From Deltaproteobacteria bacterium RIFCSPHIGHO2_02_FULL_43_33 (lineage in GTDB: Bacteria; Desulfobacterota; GWC2-55-46; UBA9637), in contig MGRL01000069.1 in assembly GCA_001798165.1 (NCBI GenBank), positions 1 through 55,658 on the forward strand: 55,658 nucleotides of DNA, given 5' to 3'. Below the pieces are notes generated by a model. The model saw only the letters and a list, made by a program, of their open reading frames with translations, was not told the DNA's origin and did no database searches. Shown here piece after piece: positions 22,307 to 32,074 of this stretch. Numbering within the stretch: the first letter of the stretch is position 1; every line of letters starts with the position of its first letter. The position numbers and the translations under genes were made by a program.

Positions 22307-23759
22307 TCCAGGGATATTTCGCCAATACGACATCCGTGGCATTTTTAATAAAGACTTAACACCGCAAGCGGCTTATGCAATTGGCGCAGCATATGGAGCA
22401 TACCTTTTACGACTCAAAGGGTCAAAAGGGTTGAGGGTTAGTGTCGGCAGAGATGTAAGATTAAGCTCCCCTATCTTAAGAGATGCTTTAATAGAAGGAA
22501 TACTTTCAACAGGTATTGATGTTATAGATATTGGCGAATGTCCAACGCCCCTTCAGTATTTCTCTTTATTTCACTTGAATCTTGACGGTGGCATCATGAT
22601 AACCGGCAGCCATAATCCGCCGGAATTTAATGGATTTAAAATCAGCATCGGCCAGGAAACCATATACGGGCAGGCAATTCAGGAGTTGAGAAGGATAGTG
22701 GAAAGCAAGGGTCAGGAGTCAGGAGCCATAAGTCAGGAAAAAAAGGGGAAAATAGAATATTATAATATTGTTCCGGTGTATATTGATTACCTTAAGAAGC
22801 AGTTTTCAAAATACCCGCCGTCAAATAAACCTGCCGTTAAAGTTGTTGTTGATGCAGGAAACGGAACGGCAGGCCGTATGGCGCCGAAACTTTTGAGGGA
22901 GTTAGGTTGTGAAGTTGTTGAGCTTTTTTGCGACCCCAACGGCAACTTCCCCAATCATCACCCTGACCCCACTATCCCTGAAAATTTAAATGATTTAATA
23001 GCGGCAGTAAAAATACACAAAGCGGATTTCGGTATTGCTTATGACGGCGATGCAGACAGGATAGGTATTGTTGACGAAAAGGGGAAGATTGCCTGGGGAG
23101 ATCAGCTCCTGATAATATTTGCAAGAGATATACTTAAAAACTCAAAGCTCATCCCCTATAGCTTCAATCGGGGACAAAACTCAAAACCGACCTTTATCGG
23201 TGAGGTAAAATGCTCACAGGTTATGTATGATGAAATCAATAGGCTCGGCGGTAATGCCATTATGTGGAAAACAGGGCATTCTCTTATAAAATCAAAGATG
23301 AAAGAAACAGGCTCCGTCCTGGCGGGAGAGATGAGCGGACATATATTTTTTGCAGACAGATATTTCGGCTATGACGACGCAATTTACGCATCATGCCGAT
23401 TGGTGGAGATCCTTTCCGCGGAGCGGTTGCGCATTCCAAATGCCCCATTTTCCAGCCTCCTTTCCGGTTTGCCGGAAACCTATACAACTCCCGAAATAAG
23501 GGTTGATTGTCCTGATGAAGAGAAGTTTAAAGTGATTGACAGGCTATCTGAGGTTGTCAGTCAGGAAGATATGGGGATCAGGGGCATAATCAGGATTGAC
23601 GGCCTTAGATTAGTATTTGATAATGGGTGGGCGCTCATTCGGGCCAGCAACACACAACCTATTCTTGTTCTCAGGTTTGAAGCGACAACTGAAGAGGGGC
23701 TTGGGCAGATAAAAGAATCTGTGGAGAAAAAATTAAAGCAAGCGCTTTATCAAAAATAG
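22290..23759 (+). CDS. algC: Phosphomannomutase/phosphoglucomutase (AlgC/ManB type)
   Basis: FRQYDIRG, TGSHNP, DGDADR, GEMSGH, RASNTQP. Confidence 0.92.
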   Translation: MITTVNPGIFRQYDIRGIFNKDLTPQAAYAIGAAYGAYLLRLKGSKGLRVSVGRDVRLSSPILRDALIEGILSTGIDVIDIGECPTPLQYFSLFHLNLDGGIMITGSHNPPEFNGFKISIGQETIYGQAIQELRRIVESKGQESGAISQEKKGKIEYYNIVPVYIDYLKKQFSKYPPSNKPAVKVVVDAGNGTAGRMAPKLLRELGCEVVELFCDPNGNFPNHHPDPTIPENLNDLIAAVKIHKADFGIAYDGDADRIGIVDEKGKIAWGDQLLIIFARDILKNSKLIPYSFNRGQNSKPTFIGEVKCSQVMYDEINRLGGNAIMWKTGHSLIKSKMKETGSVLAGEMSGHIFFADRYFGYDDAIYASCRLVEILSAERLRIPNAPFSSLLSGLPETYTTPEIRVDCPDEEKFKVIDRLSEVVSQEDMGIRGIIRIDGLRLVFDNGWALIRASNTQPILVLRFEATTEEGLGQIKESVEKKLKQALYQK

Positions 23760-23802
23760 CGATTGATTTTTGGGGAAATAAATTAAATCGGAGGCTGATA
23801 GA

Positions 23803-24834
23803 ATGACTAAAAAAGCATTTATTACCGGCATAACCGGGCAGGATGGGGCGTATCTCACTAAACTATTGATAGAAAAAGACTACGAGGTTTATGGTGCCTT
23901 CAGAAGAACATCGGATTTGCATCTGAGCAGGCTAAAATTTTTAGGAGTGGATGACAAGATAAAGTTTATTCCTCTGGAGCTGCTGGAGTTTACCAATATT
24001 TACAGGGCAATGGAGAAGATACAGCCGGATGAAATATATAATCTTGGAGCGCAGAGTTTTGTTGCGCTGTCATTTGAGGAGCCGATATTTACTGCTGATG
24101 TGACGGGTGTAGGCCCTTTGAGAATTCTCGAGGCCATACGGGCGCTCAATCCAAAGATTAAGTTCTATCAGGCCTCTTCGAGTGAGATGTTCGGAAAGGT
24201 TCAGGCAATACCACAGAATGAAAAGACCCCGTTTTATCCAAGAAGCCCTTATGCAATAGCAAAACTTTTTGCCCATTGGACTACGGTAAATTATAGAGAG
24301 TCTTATAACCTTTTTGCATGTTCTGGCATTCTCTTTAATCACGAATCGCCGTTGAGAGGTTTAGAATTTGTTACAAGGAAGATAACAACCGGCGCGGCGC
24401 GTATCAAGTATGGGCTTCAGGATAAGATAGTCTTGGGAAATTTAGATACAAAAAGGGATTGGGGTTATGCCCCTGAATATGTAGAGGCTATGTGGCGTCT
24501 GCTCCAGCAACCTGAACCAGATGATTATGTCATAGCAACCGGAGAAACCCATTCTGTAAGAGAGTTTGTGGAGTTGGCCTTTGAGAAGACCGGTGTTAGG
24601 ATAGGATGGGAGGGTAAAGGTGTCGATGAAAAAGGAATAGATAAAAAAACAGGCAAAGTTGTTGTGGAAGTTTCTCCTGAATTTTTTAGGCCGGCTGAAG
24701 TGGATATTCTTATAGGAGATTATTCTAAGGCCAAAGAGAAATTGAAATGGCAGCCTAAAACCACATTTGAGGATTTGGTGAGTATAATGGTTGAGGCGGA
24801 TATCAAAATGGTTGAGAGAGATTTGAGAAAATGA
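23803..24834 (+). CDS. gmd: GDP-mannose 4,6-dehydratase
   Basis: ITGITGQDG, QASSSEMFG, YPRSPY, NHESPLRG, RDWG. Confidence 0.96.
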   Translation: MTKKAFITGITGQDGAYLTKLLIEKDYEVYGAFRRTSDLHLSRLKFLGVDDKIKFIPLELLEFTNIYRAMEKIQPDEIYNLGAQSFVALSFEEPIFTADVTGVGPLRILEAIRALNPKIKFYQASSSEMFGKVQAIPQNEKTPFYPRSPYAIAKLFAHWTTVNYRESYNLFACSGILFNHESPLRGLEFVTRKITTGAARIKYGLQDKIVLGNLDTKRDWGYAPEYVEAMWRLLQQPEPDDYVIATGETHSVREFVELAFEKTGVRIGWEGKGVDEKGIDKKTGKVVVEVSPEFFRPAEVDILIGDYSKAKEKLKWQPKTTFEDLVSIMVEADIKMVERDLRK

Positions 24835-24845
24835 GCCTTATCTAA

Positions 24846-24986
24846 CAGATTGTTGAAAAACTCAACAATCTCTGATTACACAGAGAAAAGATTAGATTAC
24901 ACAGATTGAAACTCCTTGAAATATCCGTGTAATCATCTTTTATAATCTGTGTAATCAAGGCTGTTGATGACTTTTTCAACAGCCTG
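24846..24986. mobile_element. MITE family B, copy 2 (diverged, CTAA target duplication)
   Basis: 141 bp with the same ends; CTAA at 24842-24845 and 24987-24990. Confidence 0.88.
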
Positions 24987-25009
24987 CTAAACTTGGTTGG
25001 GGGAAAATT

Positions 25010-26158
25010 TTGAGGATTGGCATAAATTCGCTTTTTCTCGTATCGGGTAAAGGCGGGGGCATAGAGAGGTATTTAAGAGGGCTCGTTGGCGGCCTGAAAA
25101 AGATTGATAAAAAAAATGAATATTTTATCTTTACCAATAGAAATTGCAGGGGTGCATTTGGATTTGGCGAAAACTTTCATGAGATATATTGCGATGTCTC
25201 TGCGGTTTTCAGGCCGGCCAAGATACTCTGGGAGCAGTTTGTCCTTCCATGGCAGCTGAAGAGGCATAAGATCGACATCCTTCTTTCTGCCGGCAACACC
25301 GCTCCTGTTGCGCATCGGTGTCCATCGGTGGCGATAATTTACGATATGATTCCGTTTATAAGGCCGGAGGGATTCAACACCATAGAGTTACTTGCATTAA
25401 AAACCTTGTTTTCGCTGACAGCAAAAACAAGTTCAAAGATTATAACGATTTCAAAATCCTCACAGGAGGAAATAGTCAAGAGATTGAAGGTGTCTCCTGA
25501 TAAGGTAGAAATTGTTTATGGGTCTTGCGATGAATATTTCAAGCCGGTTGGAGATAAAGGAAGGAGTGAACTCCAGAAGTACGGAATAAGCGGCGAATAT
25601 ATTCTTTATGTGGCTTCAAGCAGACCGTATAAAAATATAGATGGTTTGATTAAGGCATATAGAATTATGAAAGAAAGGCATCACATGGGGCACAAGCTGG
25701 TAGTCGTTGGCCTTGCAGGCAGGGCATATCCTGAACTTATGAAACTGGTGAAGGAATCGAAATTGGAGGGCGATGTCATATTCTGCGGCTTTGTCAATGA
25801 CGAAGACCTTCCCCTGTTGTATTCTCTATCATATGTCTTTGTGTACCCCTCCTTCTATGAAGGGTTCGGATTGCCGATACTGGAGGCAATGTCATGTGGG
25901 GTCCCGGTAGCGGCATCTCATGTTACCTCTATCCCAGAGGCTGTCGGTAACGCCGGTCTTCTCTTTGACCCGTATAATGTCGAAGAAATGGCAGAGGTTA
26001 TCTACCGTCTGATGATTGACAGTGGCCTGAGGGAATCATTGATACAGAAAGGGTATGAGTGGGTCAAAGAATTTTCATGGGAAAAAAGCGCAATGCGGGT
26101 TCTTGCAGTATTATCTGATACCTATACGGAAAATAGAATGTTTGGCAGGGGAATATAA
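25010..26158 (+). CDS. GT4 family glycosyltransferase
   Basis: RPYKN; YPSFYEGFGLPILEAM. Confidence 0.9.
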   Translation: MRIGINSLFLVSGKGGGIERYLRGLVGGLKKIDKKNEYFIFTNRNCRGAFGFGENFHEIYCDVSAVFRPAKILWEQFVLPWQLKRHKIDILLSAGNTAPVAHRCPSVAIIYDMIPFIRPEGFNTIELLALKTLFSLTAKTSSKIITISKSSQEEIVKRLKVSPDKVEIVYGSCDEYFKPVGDKGRSELQKYGISGEYILYVASSRPYKNIDGLIKAYRIMKERHHMGHKLVVVGLAGRAYPELMKLVKESKLEGDVIFCGFVNDEDLPLLYSLSYVFVYPSFYEGFGLPILEAMSCGVPVAASHVTSIPEAVGNAGLLFDPYNVEEMAEVIYRLMIDSGLRESLIQKGYEWVKEFSWEKSAMRVLAVLSDTYTENRMFGRGI

Positions 26159-26164
26159 AAGATT

Positions 26165-27292
26165 GTGAAGATCTGTTTTATTCTCGAATATTACCACCCC
26201 CATATCGGAGGAGTAGAATATCTCTTTAAAACGCTTACCGAAGGGTTAAGGAAAAGGGGATATGAAGTAACAGTCCTTACCAGAAGACTCAAAGGGACCA
26301 AGGGGCGAGAGTTTGTAGATGGGGTCAGGGTAATAAGGATTAGAACATTGAACAGGTATGTCTTTACTTTTTTTTCAATACCGTGGGCCATTTTTCTGGC
26401 AAGGGGTTGTGATATAATTCATACAACAACATTTAACGGCGCCTTTCCTGCGTGGGTTGCATCAAAGGTCTGGGGGATTCCGGCGGTAATCACCATCCTT
26501 GAGGTATGGCTCAAGAAATGGAGAATGCTTACGGATATGAACTGGCTTTCAGCCTTGGTGCATAATCTCCTTGAAAGGATGATATATTTGTTGAGTTTTG
26601 ATTTTTATGTAGCCATATCGCACTCCACAGAAAGGCAGCTCTCGAAAGTCGGCGTTCAGAAAGAACGAATGAAGGTGATTTACAATGGATTTGAGCATGA
26701 TTTTTTCAACCCTGAAAGGTACGATGGGGATATTGTAAGAGAACGATATGGCCTTAAGGATGCATTTATCTGTTTTTCCTGGGGAAGACCAGGGGTTTCA
26801 AAGGGCCATGAATATCTCATAATGGCTGTTCCTCGCATTGTTGAGAAAATCCCTCACGCCGTGCTTTTATTAATGCTCAGCGACAAAGAGACCTATCGGA
26901 GGAGATACCGGTACCTTATAGACCTTATTCGGAAACTTGAGGTCAGTAGCAAGGTGATACTGGTAGAACCGGTTCCCCGAGGGGAGCTTGGTTTTTATCT
27001 CAAGGCAGCTGATTGTATCGTTATACCATCTATTGCCGAAGGGTTTGGCTACGCAGCGCTTGAGGCATGTAGTATTGGGACGCCGGTTGTAGCATCGGAT
27101 ACCACATCTATTCCAGAGGTTATAGGTGGCAGATACGTCCTCGTTGAGCCGAAAAACCCTGAGGCTATTGCTAAAGGAGTTGAGAGTGTATATAAAGGCG
27201 AATACAGGACATCTGAATTAAAGGTTTTTCCCTGGGACAGAGCTGTAGCTGAATATATGGGTGTATATGATGCACTATCATCACAGGCTTGA
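26165..27292 (+). CDS. GT4 family glycosyltransferase
   Basis: PHIGGVE; GRPGVSKG; PSIAEGFGYAALEA. Confidence 0.9.
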   Translation: MKICFILEYYHPHIGGVEYLFKTLTEGLRKRGYEVTVLTRRLKGTKGREFVDGVRVIRIRTLNRYVFTFFSIPWAIFLARGCDIIHTTTFNGAFPAWVASKVWGIPAVITILEVWLKKWRMLTDMNWLSALVHNLLERMIYLLSFDFYVAISHSTERQLSKVGVQKERMKVIYNGFEHDFFNPERYDGDIVRERYGLKDAFICFSWGRPGVSKGHEYLIMAVPRIVEKIPHAVLLLMLSDKETYRRRYRYLIDLIRKLEVSSKVILVEPVPRGELGFYLKAADCIVIPSIAEGFGYAALEACSIGTPVVASDTTSIPEVIGGRYVLVEPKNPEAIAKGVESVYKGEYRTSELKVFPWDRAVAEYMGVYDALSSQA

Positions 27293-27294
27293 AG

Positions 27295-27996
27295 ATGCAT
27301 AAACTACTCGTCATAATGCCGGCCTATAATGAGGCTGAGAGCATTGGAAATATTATTCCAGCGGTCAAAAAAAACTTACCGTCTGCCGATATCCTTGTTG
27401 TCAACGACGGCTCGAAAGATGCTACGGCTGCTATTGCCAGAAGACTCGGAGCGCTGGTTACCGACCTTCCTTACAATATGGGCATAGGCGCTGCTATGCA
27501 GACAGGTTACAGCTATGCTGCATTAAATAACTATGATATAGCAGTACAGGTGGACGCAGACGGCCAGCATCCTCCTGACCAGATACCTTTCCTGATACAA
27601 CCGATTATGGAACAAAAGGCAGATATGGCTATTGGTTCAAGATTCCTTGGAAATGGCAATTATCGTCCTTCTTTGGCAAGAAATATCGGTATAAGGATTT
27701 TTTCCATGTTGTTATCTGCAATAACGAGTCAGAGGCTGACTGACACTACCTCTGGCTTCAGGGCTGTTAATAAAGGAGTAATAAAATTCTTTGCCAAAAA
27801 TTATCCTGAAGATTACCCGGAGGTAGAAGCTATTGTATTGCTTCGCAAGGCAAGGTTCAATATAATAGAAGTTTCTGTAAAGATGGAGGCAAGAATCGGT
27901 GGAAAGTCTTCCATTACACCTTTACATGCGGTTTATTATATGATAAAGGTGTTGCTGGCTGTATTGATAGATATTTTGAAAAAGGTGGAAAGGTAA
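27295..27996 (+). CDS. GT2 glycosyltransferase, DPM1-like (polyprenol-phosphate glycosyltransferase)
   Basis: MPAYNE, VNDGSKD, VDADGQH, GSRF, DTTSGFRA; paired with DUF2304. Confidence 0.85.
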   Translation: MHKLLVIMPAYNEAESIGNIIPAVKKNLPSADILVVNDGSKDATAAIARRLGALVTDLPYNMGIGAAMQTGYSYAALNNYDIAVQVDADGQHPPDQIPFLIQPIMEQKADMAIGSRFLGNGNYRPSLARNIGIRIFSMLLSAITSQRLTDTTSGFRAVNKGVIKFFAKNYPEDYPEVEAIVLLRKARFNIIEVSVKMEARIGGKSSITPLHAVYYMIKVLLAVLIDILKKVER

Positions 27997-28007
27997 AGGA
28001 AGGAAGG

Positions 28008-28070
28008 AAACAGGTTAAGGTCAAGATTGAGGCTGAGGATTTCTAAACCTTAACCTTAGCCTCAACCTTA
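28008..28070. repeat. Head-to-head hexamer array (GGTTRA / TYAACC type)
   Basis: ACAGGTTAA GGTCAA GATTGA GGCTGA GG...AACCTT AACCTT AGCCTC AACCTT. Confidence 0.75.
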
Positions 28071-28079
28071 TAAAGCGCT

Positions 28080-28457
28080 ATGCACTCTATCCAGATTGTC
28101 GCCATTATTATTAGCCTTGGTATTTTGATAAGCGTTGTAGACCTTATAAGACGGGGCATGCTGAAGGAACAGTATGCTATCCTATGGCTTGCATCAGCAG
28201 TTGTTTTATTGGTGCTCTCCATGTGGAGGGGGCTGTTAGATAATATTGCCCGCGCAACAGGTATCGCATATCCGCCGTCTCTTCTCTTTTTGGTGGCATT
28301 CCTGTTTCTTCTTTTAATCGTGCTGCACTTTTCCGTAATTATATCCAGCTTGAGCGAAAAAAACAAAAAACTCAGCCAGGAGATTGCAATATTCAAAACA
28401 TTTTTTGAAGAACATAAAAAAGAAGGAGGAAAAAATGAGCATAGAAAAGGTTTTTGA
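28080..28457 (+). CDS. DUF2304 family membrane protein
   Basis: Three TM helices, LKEQYAILW, GIAYPPS, LSQEIA; follows the DPM1-like GT2. Confidence 0.82.
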   Translation: MHSIQIVAIIISLGILISVVDLIRRGMLKEQYAILWLASAVVLLVLSMWRGLLDNIARATGIAYPPSLLFLVAFLFLLLIVLHFSVIISSLSEKNKKLSQEIAIFKTFFEEHKKEGGKNEHRKGF

Positions 28458-29673
28458 AAGTAAAAGGTTTCACCTGTGGGCAGGTCTGCTGATTGCAATA
28501 TCATCGCTTATAGTATATTCCAACACATTTCATGCCAGCTTTCACTTTGATGACACGCCGCAGATTGTGGAGAACTACAGCATAAGAAATTTAAGCAATT
28601 GGTTTGATATAGTGAGAGGGCAGCGCGGCATAGCAATGTTAACCTTTGCCATAAACTACGCCATAGGAGGGCTTAATGTTGCCGGCTATCACATCGTAAA
28701 TCTTGCTATTCATATCACAAACGGCATATTGGTATATTTTCTCATTTTTCTTACCCTTGGAACTATTGACCTGGGGACAGATTTCAAATCTGATAAAGCC
28801 AAAAAGATAGCTGTCTTTACTGCGCTGCTCTTCGCTGTTCACCCTATCCAGACCCAGGCTGTAACATACATTGTCCAGAGGATGGAAGCCCTTGCATCAA
28901 TGTTCATGCTCATCGGCATTTTATTTTTCGTAAAAGGGATAAAGGCATCAAACACATCTGCAAGGATACTCCTCTATGGGGCTGTAGCTGTTTCCTATCT
29001 TCTCGGTTTCTATTCCAAGGAGATGGCCATAACCCTGCCTGCCCTTATATTTCTCTATGACTACTGCTTTATCGCAGGCAATGATATAAAGAAACTCGCG
29101 CCCCGGCTGCCGTTATATGTTGTCTTGCTCATAATGCTGGCCTTTTTGGCTGCGCCAACCTTTACCGGCCTCAAAGAGACGCCTGGTGAATCAGTAGGTT
29201 TTGGCGTTCAGAGCATAACACCAAAGGAATATTTATTTACCCAGTTCAATGTGCTTATATATTACATCACCCTGCTCTTTGTGCCGATAAACCAGAACCT
29301 TGATTATGACTTTCCTATATCAAAAGGGCTTTTTGAGATTCCTGCTGTAAAGGACGGCACCATATTAAACTTCCCTATTCCGCCGGCCTTTATATCCCTC
29401 ATGATTATTCTATCTATTGTTGGGGTTGCCATTTACCTTTTTACACGTCACGCACAACGTATCACACAACATGGCCGTTTAATCGCCTTTTTCATATTGT
29501 GGTTTTTCATCATTCTTTCCCCTACATCAAGTTTTATACCGATAATAGATGTAATATTTGAGCACAGGCTCTATCTTGCCTCTGTCGGCTTTTTTGCGCT
29601 GTTCAGCCTTGCATTGGACAGATTTTTTGAATATCTGGAGCAAAGAAAGGATAAGGTTGGGGTTAAGGTGTAG
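28435..29673 (+). CDS. TMTC-like GT-C membrane glycosyltransferase, membrane half only (no TPR tail)
   Basis: FHFDD, YHIVNLAIH, LLFAVHPIQTQAVTYIVQR, SKE, EHRLYL; ends one helix after EHRLYL; GGAGG RBS. Confidence 0.8.
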   Translation: MSIEKVFESKRFHLWAGLLIAISSLIVYSNTFHASFHFDDTPQIVENYSIRNLSNWFDIVRGQRGIAMLTFAINYAIGGLNVAGYHIVNLAIHITNGILVYFLIFLTLGTIDLGTDFKSDKAKKIAVFTALLFAVHPIQTQAVTYIVQRMEALASMFMLIGILFFVKGIKASNTSARILLYGAVAVSYLLGFYSKEMAITLPALIFLYDYCFIAGNDIKKLAPRLPLYVVLLIMLAFLAAPTFTGLKETPGESVGFGVQSITPKEYLFTQFNVLIYYITLLFVPINQNLDYDFPISKGLFEIPAVKDGTILNFPIPPAFISLMIILSIVGVAIYLFTRHAQRITQHGRLIAFFILWFFIILSPTSSFIPIIDVIFEHRLYLASVGFFALFSLALDRFFEYLEQRKDKVGVKV

Positions 29674-29711
29674 GCTGAAAATTTCTTTACGCTTAACCTT
29701 ATAACCTTATT

Positions 29712-30353
29712 ATGTCAGCCTTAAGACTTACAATTTCTACAACCCTGCTGCTTCTTCTTTCCATTGCAACTTTTGAGCGAAATTACGTCTGGAATGACCG
29801 TATTGTCTTCTGGTCGGATGTGGCGCTAAAATCTCCCCACAGGACCCGCTCCCACAATAATCTGGGGTCTGCCCTCATAGCGGCAGGCCGCTGTGGTGAT
29901 GCCATGCCTTCACTCATGCAATCTGTTAAGATTGACCAATGGTATATAGAGCCGCATTACAATCTTGCTATCTGCTATGTTAAAAAGAATCGTTTTGACG
30001 CTGCAATACCTGAACTTGAAAAGGTGATTAGTATAAATGTTGTCTTGAAAAAAGGGCATTATGGGGTTTCAACAGCGCCCAGATTTGAGATGCAGGCGCA
30101 CTCAACTCTGGGCAACATATACAATATGAAGGGTATGTTTGATAAGGCTGTTTTCCATTTCCAAGAGGCGTTAAAATTATCGCCAAAAGACGCTGTTACC
30201 CGTTTCAACCTTGCATTGACATACGAGACGATGGGGATGTTAAAAGAGGCTAAGGCAGAGCTTGAAGAGGTTTTAAAAATAAACCCCATGGACGAAGGGG
30301 CAAAGAGGGGCATAAAAAGGCTTGGGGCGGCTGCTGATATGGGCAAACAGTGA
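29712..30353 (+). CDS. TM + TPR protein (TMTC C-terminal-half type) 1
   Basis: TM helix, then RNYVWNDRIVFWSDVALKSPHRTRSHNNLG, then TPRs. Confidence 0.82.
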   Translation: MSALRLTISTTLLLLLSIATFERNYVWNDRIVFWSDVALKSPHRTRSHNNLGSALIAAGRCGDAMPSLMQSVKIDQWYIEPHYNLAICYVKKNRFDAAIPELEKVISINVVLKKGHYGVSTAPRFEMQAHSTLGNIYNMKGMFDKAVFHFQEALKLSPKDAVTRFNLALTYETMGMLKEAKAELEEVLKINPMDEGAKRGIKRLGAAADMGKQ

Positions 30354-30366
30354 ATTCCGGCGGGTT

Positions 30367-30615
30367 TAATACAAACGCAATAATTAACAGTTTGTTGAAA
30401 AACTCAACAAACTCCGATTACACGGATAAAAGATTAGATTTCACAGATTAAAACCCATTGAAATATCTGTGTAATCGTTTTTCCTAATCTGTGTAATCAA
30501 GGCTGTTGATGCCTTTTTCAACAGCCTGTTAATTTGTAGGGCAAGCCTTCATGCTTGCTTATTTTGCAGGGCTAAAGCCCTGCCCTACGTCAATTTATTT
30601 AATTCGTCTGTATTA
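30367..30615. repeat. REPIN-like family C copy interrupted by MITE B
   Basis: Outer IR TAATACAAACG...CGTCTGTATTA; GTAGGGCAAGCC...GCCCTGCCCTAC core. Confidence 0.75.
30388..30528. mobile_element. MITE family B, copy 3 (TTAA target duplication)
   Basis: Appears identical to 6935-7075 by eye. Confidence 0.9.
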
Positions 30616-30738
30616 GTAACCGGCAGACGGCAGACAAGAAAAGATTCAAATGCAGCAGCATTGGTGTTTCGATATATTTTTATTGCATATTCCCGATTTT
30701 TTATGATAGGATAAGCAACGAATTAAATAATGTTACAT

Positions 30739-30788
30739 GTAGGGCGAGGCTTTAGCCTTGCTTAAGCAACCCTAAAGGGTTGCCCTAC
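30739..30788. repeat. GTAG-family REP doublet (core only)
   Basis: GTAGGGCGAGGCTTTAGCCTTGC-TTAA-GCAACCCTAAAGGGTTGCCCTAC. Confidence 0.8.
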
Positions 30789-30797
30789 TTGATTTTT

Positions 30798-31418
30798 ATG
30801 ACATCAAAAACAACAAAAAAAAAGCCAATCTCTGAAGATGCTATAAAGGTCCTTATTGCAGAGGATAATGCTGTTTCCAGAAAGTCTCTCTCCTCTCAGC
30901 TTGAATCACTCGGTTTTAATGTGGTTGCTGCGGCAGCCACAGGCGAAGAGGTATGCAGCCTCTTTCCTGAGCTTAAGCCAGACCTCATCATAATGGACAT
31001 TAAAATGCCGAAGATGGACGGCATAGAGGCTGCAAAGGTTATCACCAAACATGCCTCTATCCCCATAATCCTTGTAACAGGCCATTCCTCTGAGACTGTG
31101 ATTAGCAGGGCAATGGAGAGCGGCGTCGGCGTATTTGCCTATCTTTTAAAACCGATAACCAAAAAAGACCTGCTTCCTGCCATAAAGGTCGCCTTTGCCA
31201 GGCATAATGAATTTCAGACCCTAAAAAGCGAGTTCAGCGATTTAAAGGATGCCCTTGAGACAAGAAAGCTGGTTGAACGGGCAAAGGGCATTCTCATGAA
31301 ACGTCTGACCATCCCTGAGGATGAGGCATTTAAACTCCTCCAGACCCAGTCCCAAAAAGAAAACAAAAAACTTAAAGAAATAGCAGAGACCGTAATAACC
31401 GCAAGCAGGATGCTATAA
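30798..31418 (+). CDS. ANTAR-domain response regulator (REC-ANTAR; NasT/EutV/PdtaR type)
   Basis: IAED, IIMDIKMPKMDG, LLKP receiver motifs; LETRKLVERAKGILM...EDEAFKLLQTQSQ ANTAR domain. Confidence 0.93.
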   Translation: MTSKTTKKKPISEDAIKVLIAEDNAVSRKSLSSQLESLGFNVVAAAATGEEVCSLFPELKPDLIIMDIKMPKMDGIEAAKVITKHASIPIILVTGHSSETVISRAMESGVGVFAYLLKPITKKDLLPAIKVAFARHNEFQTLKSEFSDLKDALETRKLVERAKGILMKRLTIPEDEAFKLLQTQSQKENKKLKEIAETVITASRML

Positions 31419-31499
31419 ATAAATACAGACTATGGGCGATAGGCAATAGGCTATGGGTAAAGAGGACGATATATAAATACAGGCAATGGGCTATGGGCA

Positions 31500-31898
31500 A
31501 TGGGTAGAAAAGGCTTTAAAGATTTGATTGTCTGGCAAAAGGCTAAAGACCTCGCAGTTGCTATTTATAAACTGAGTGGAGGAGGAGATTTGGGGCGTGA
31601 TTTTGGCTTACGAGATCAAATTAGACGCAGCGCTGTAAGCATTGCCGGTAATCTGGCTGAAGGAGATGAACGAGATACCGACAAAGAGGCAGTTCATTCT
31701 TTCTATATTGCGAAAGGTTCCCTTGCTGAATTACAGAGCCAGATTCTAATTGCTTATGAGATTGGATATCTTAAAAAAGAGGTTTATGAGAATATTAGCG
31801 CAGATTACAGTGAATTGGGCAAAGTGATTGGTAAACTCATAAAATACAGGCGAGGGGCTATGAAGGCAGGCAATAGGCAAGAGGCGATAGGGCTATGA
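31500..31898 (+). CDS. Four helix bundle protein (23S rRNA IVP / bAvd-like family)
   Basis: FKDLIVWQKA, FGLRDQIRRSAVSIAGNLAEG, IAKGSLAEL; flanked by GGCWATR heptamer arrays. Confidence 0.9.
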   Translation: MGRKGFKDLIVWQKAKDLAVAIYKLSGGGDLGRDFGLRDQIRRSAVSIAGNLAEGDERDTDKEAVHSFYIAKGSLAELQSQILIAYEIGYLKKEVYENISADYSELGKVIGKLIKYRRGAMKAGNRQEAIGL

Positions 31899-31956
31899 GT
31901 TTTCCTATCGCCTATCGCCTGTATTTTTATATTCTTAATCTTTTTTAATTTTTTTC

Positions 31957-31984
31957 TTGACATATTTTAATTTTTAGGTAGAAT
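31957..31984 (+). promoter_or_regulatory. Sigma70 promoter of the cytochrome gene
   Basis: TTGACA (31957-31962), 16 bp spacer, TAGAAT (31979-31984); AT-rich upstream tract. Confidence 0.72.
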
Positions 31985-31994
31985 AGACCTTAAG

Positions 31995-32074
31995 TAAGCG
32001 CTGATGGCGGTGCTTATATTTAAAGTGCAGAGGTGATGGCGCCTCAGTGGCCGTAAGGCTTTTTGAGGTTTTTT
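31995..32074 (+). promoter_or_regulatory. ANTAR target RNA: twin hexaloop hairpins overlapping an intrinsic terminator
   Basis: TAAGCGCT-GATGGC-GGTGCTTA and GAGGT-GATGGC-GCCTC; terminator CCTCA...GGCC-GTAA-GGCT...TGAGG-TTTTTT shares the 3' arm of hairpin 2. Confidence 0.85.
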
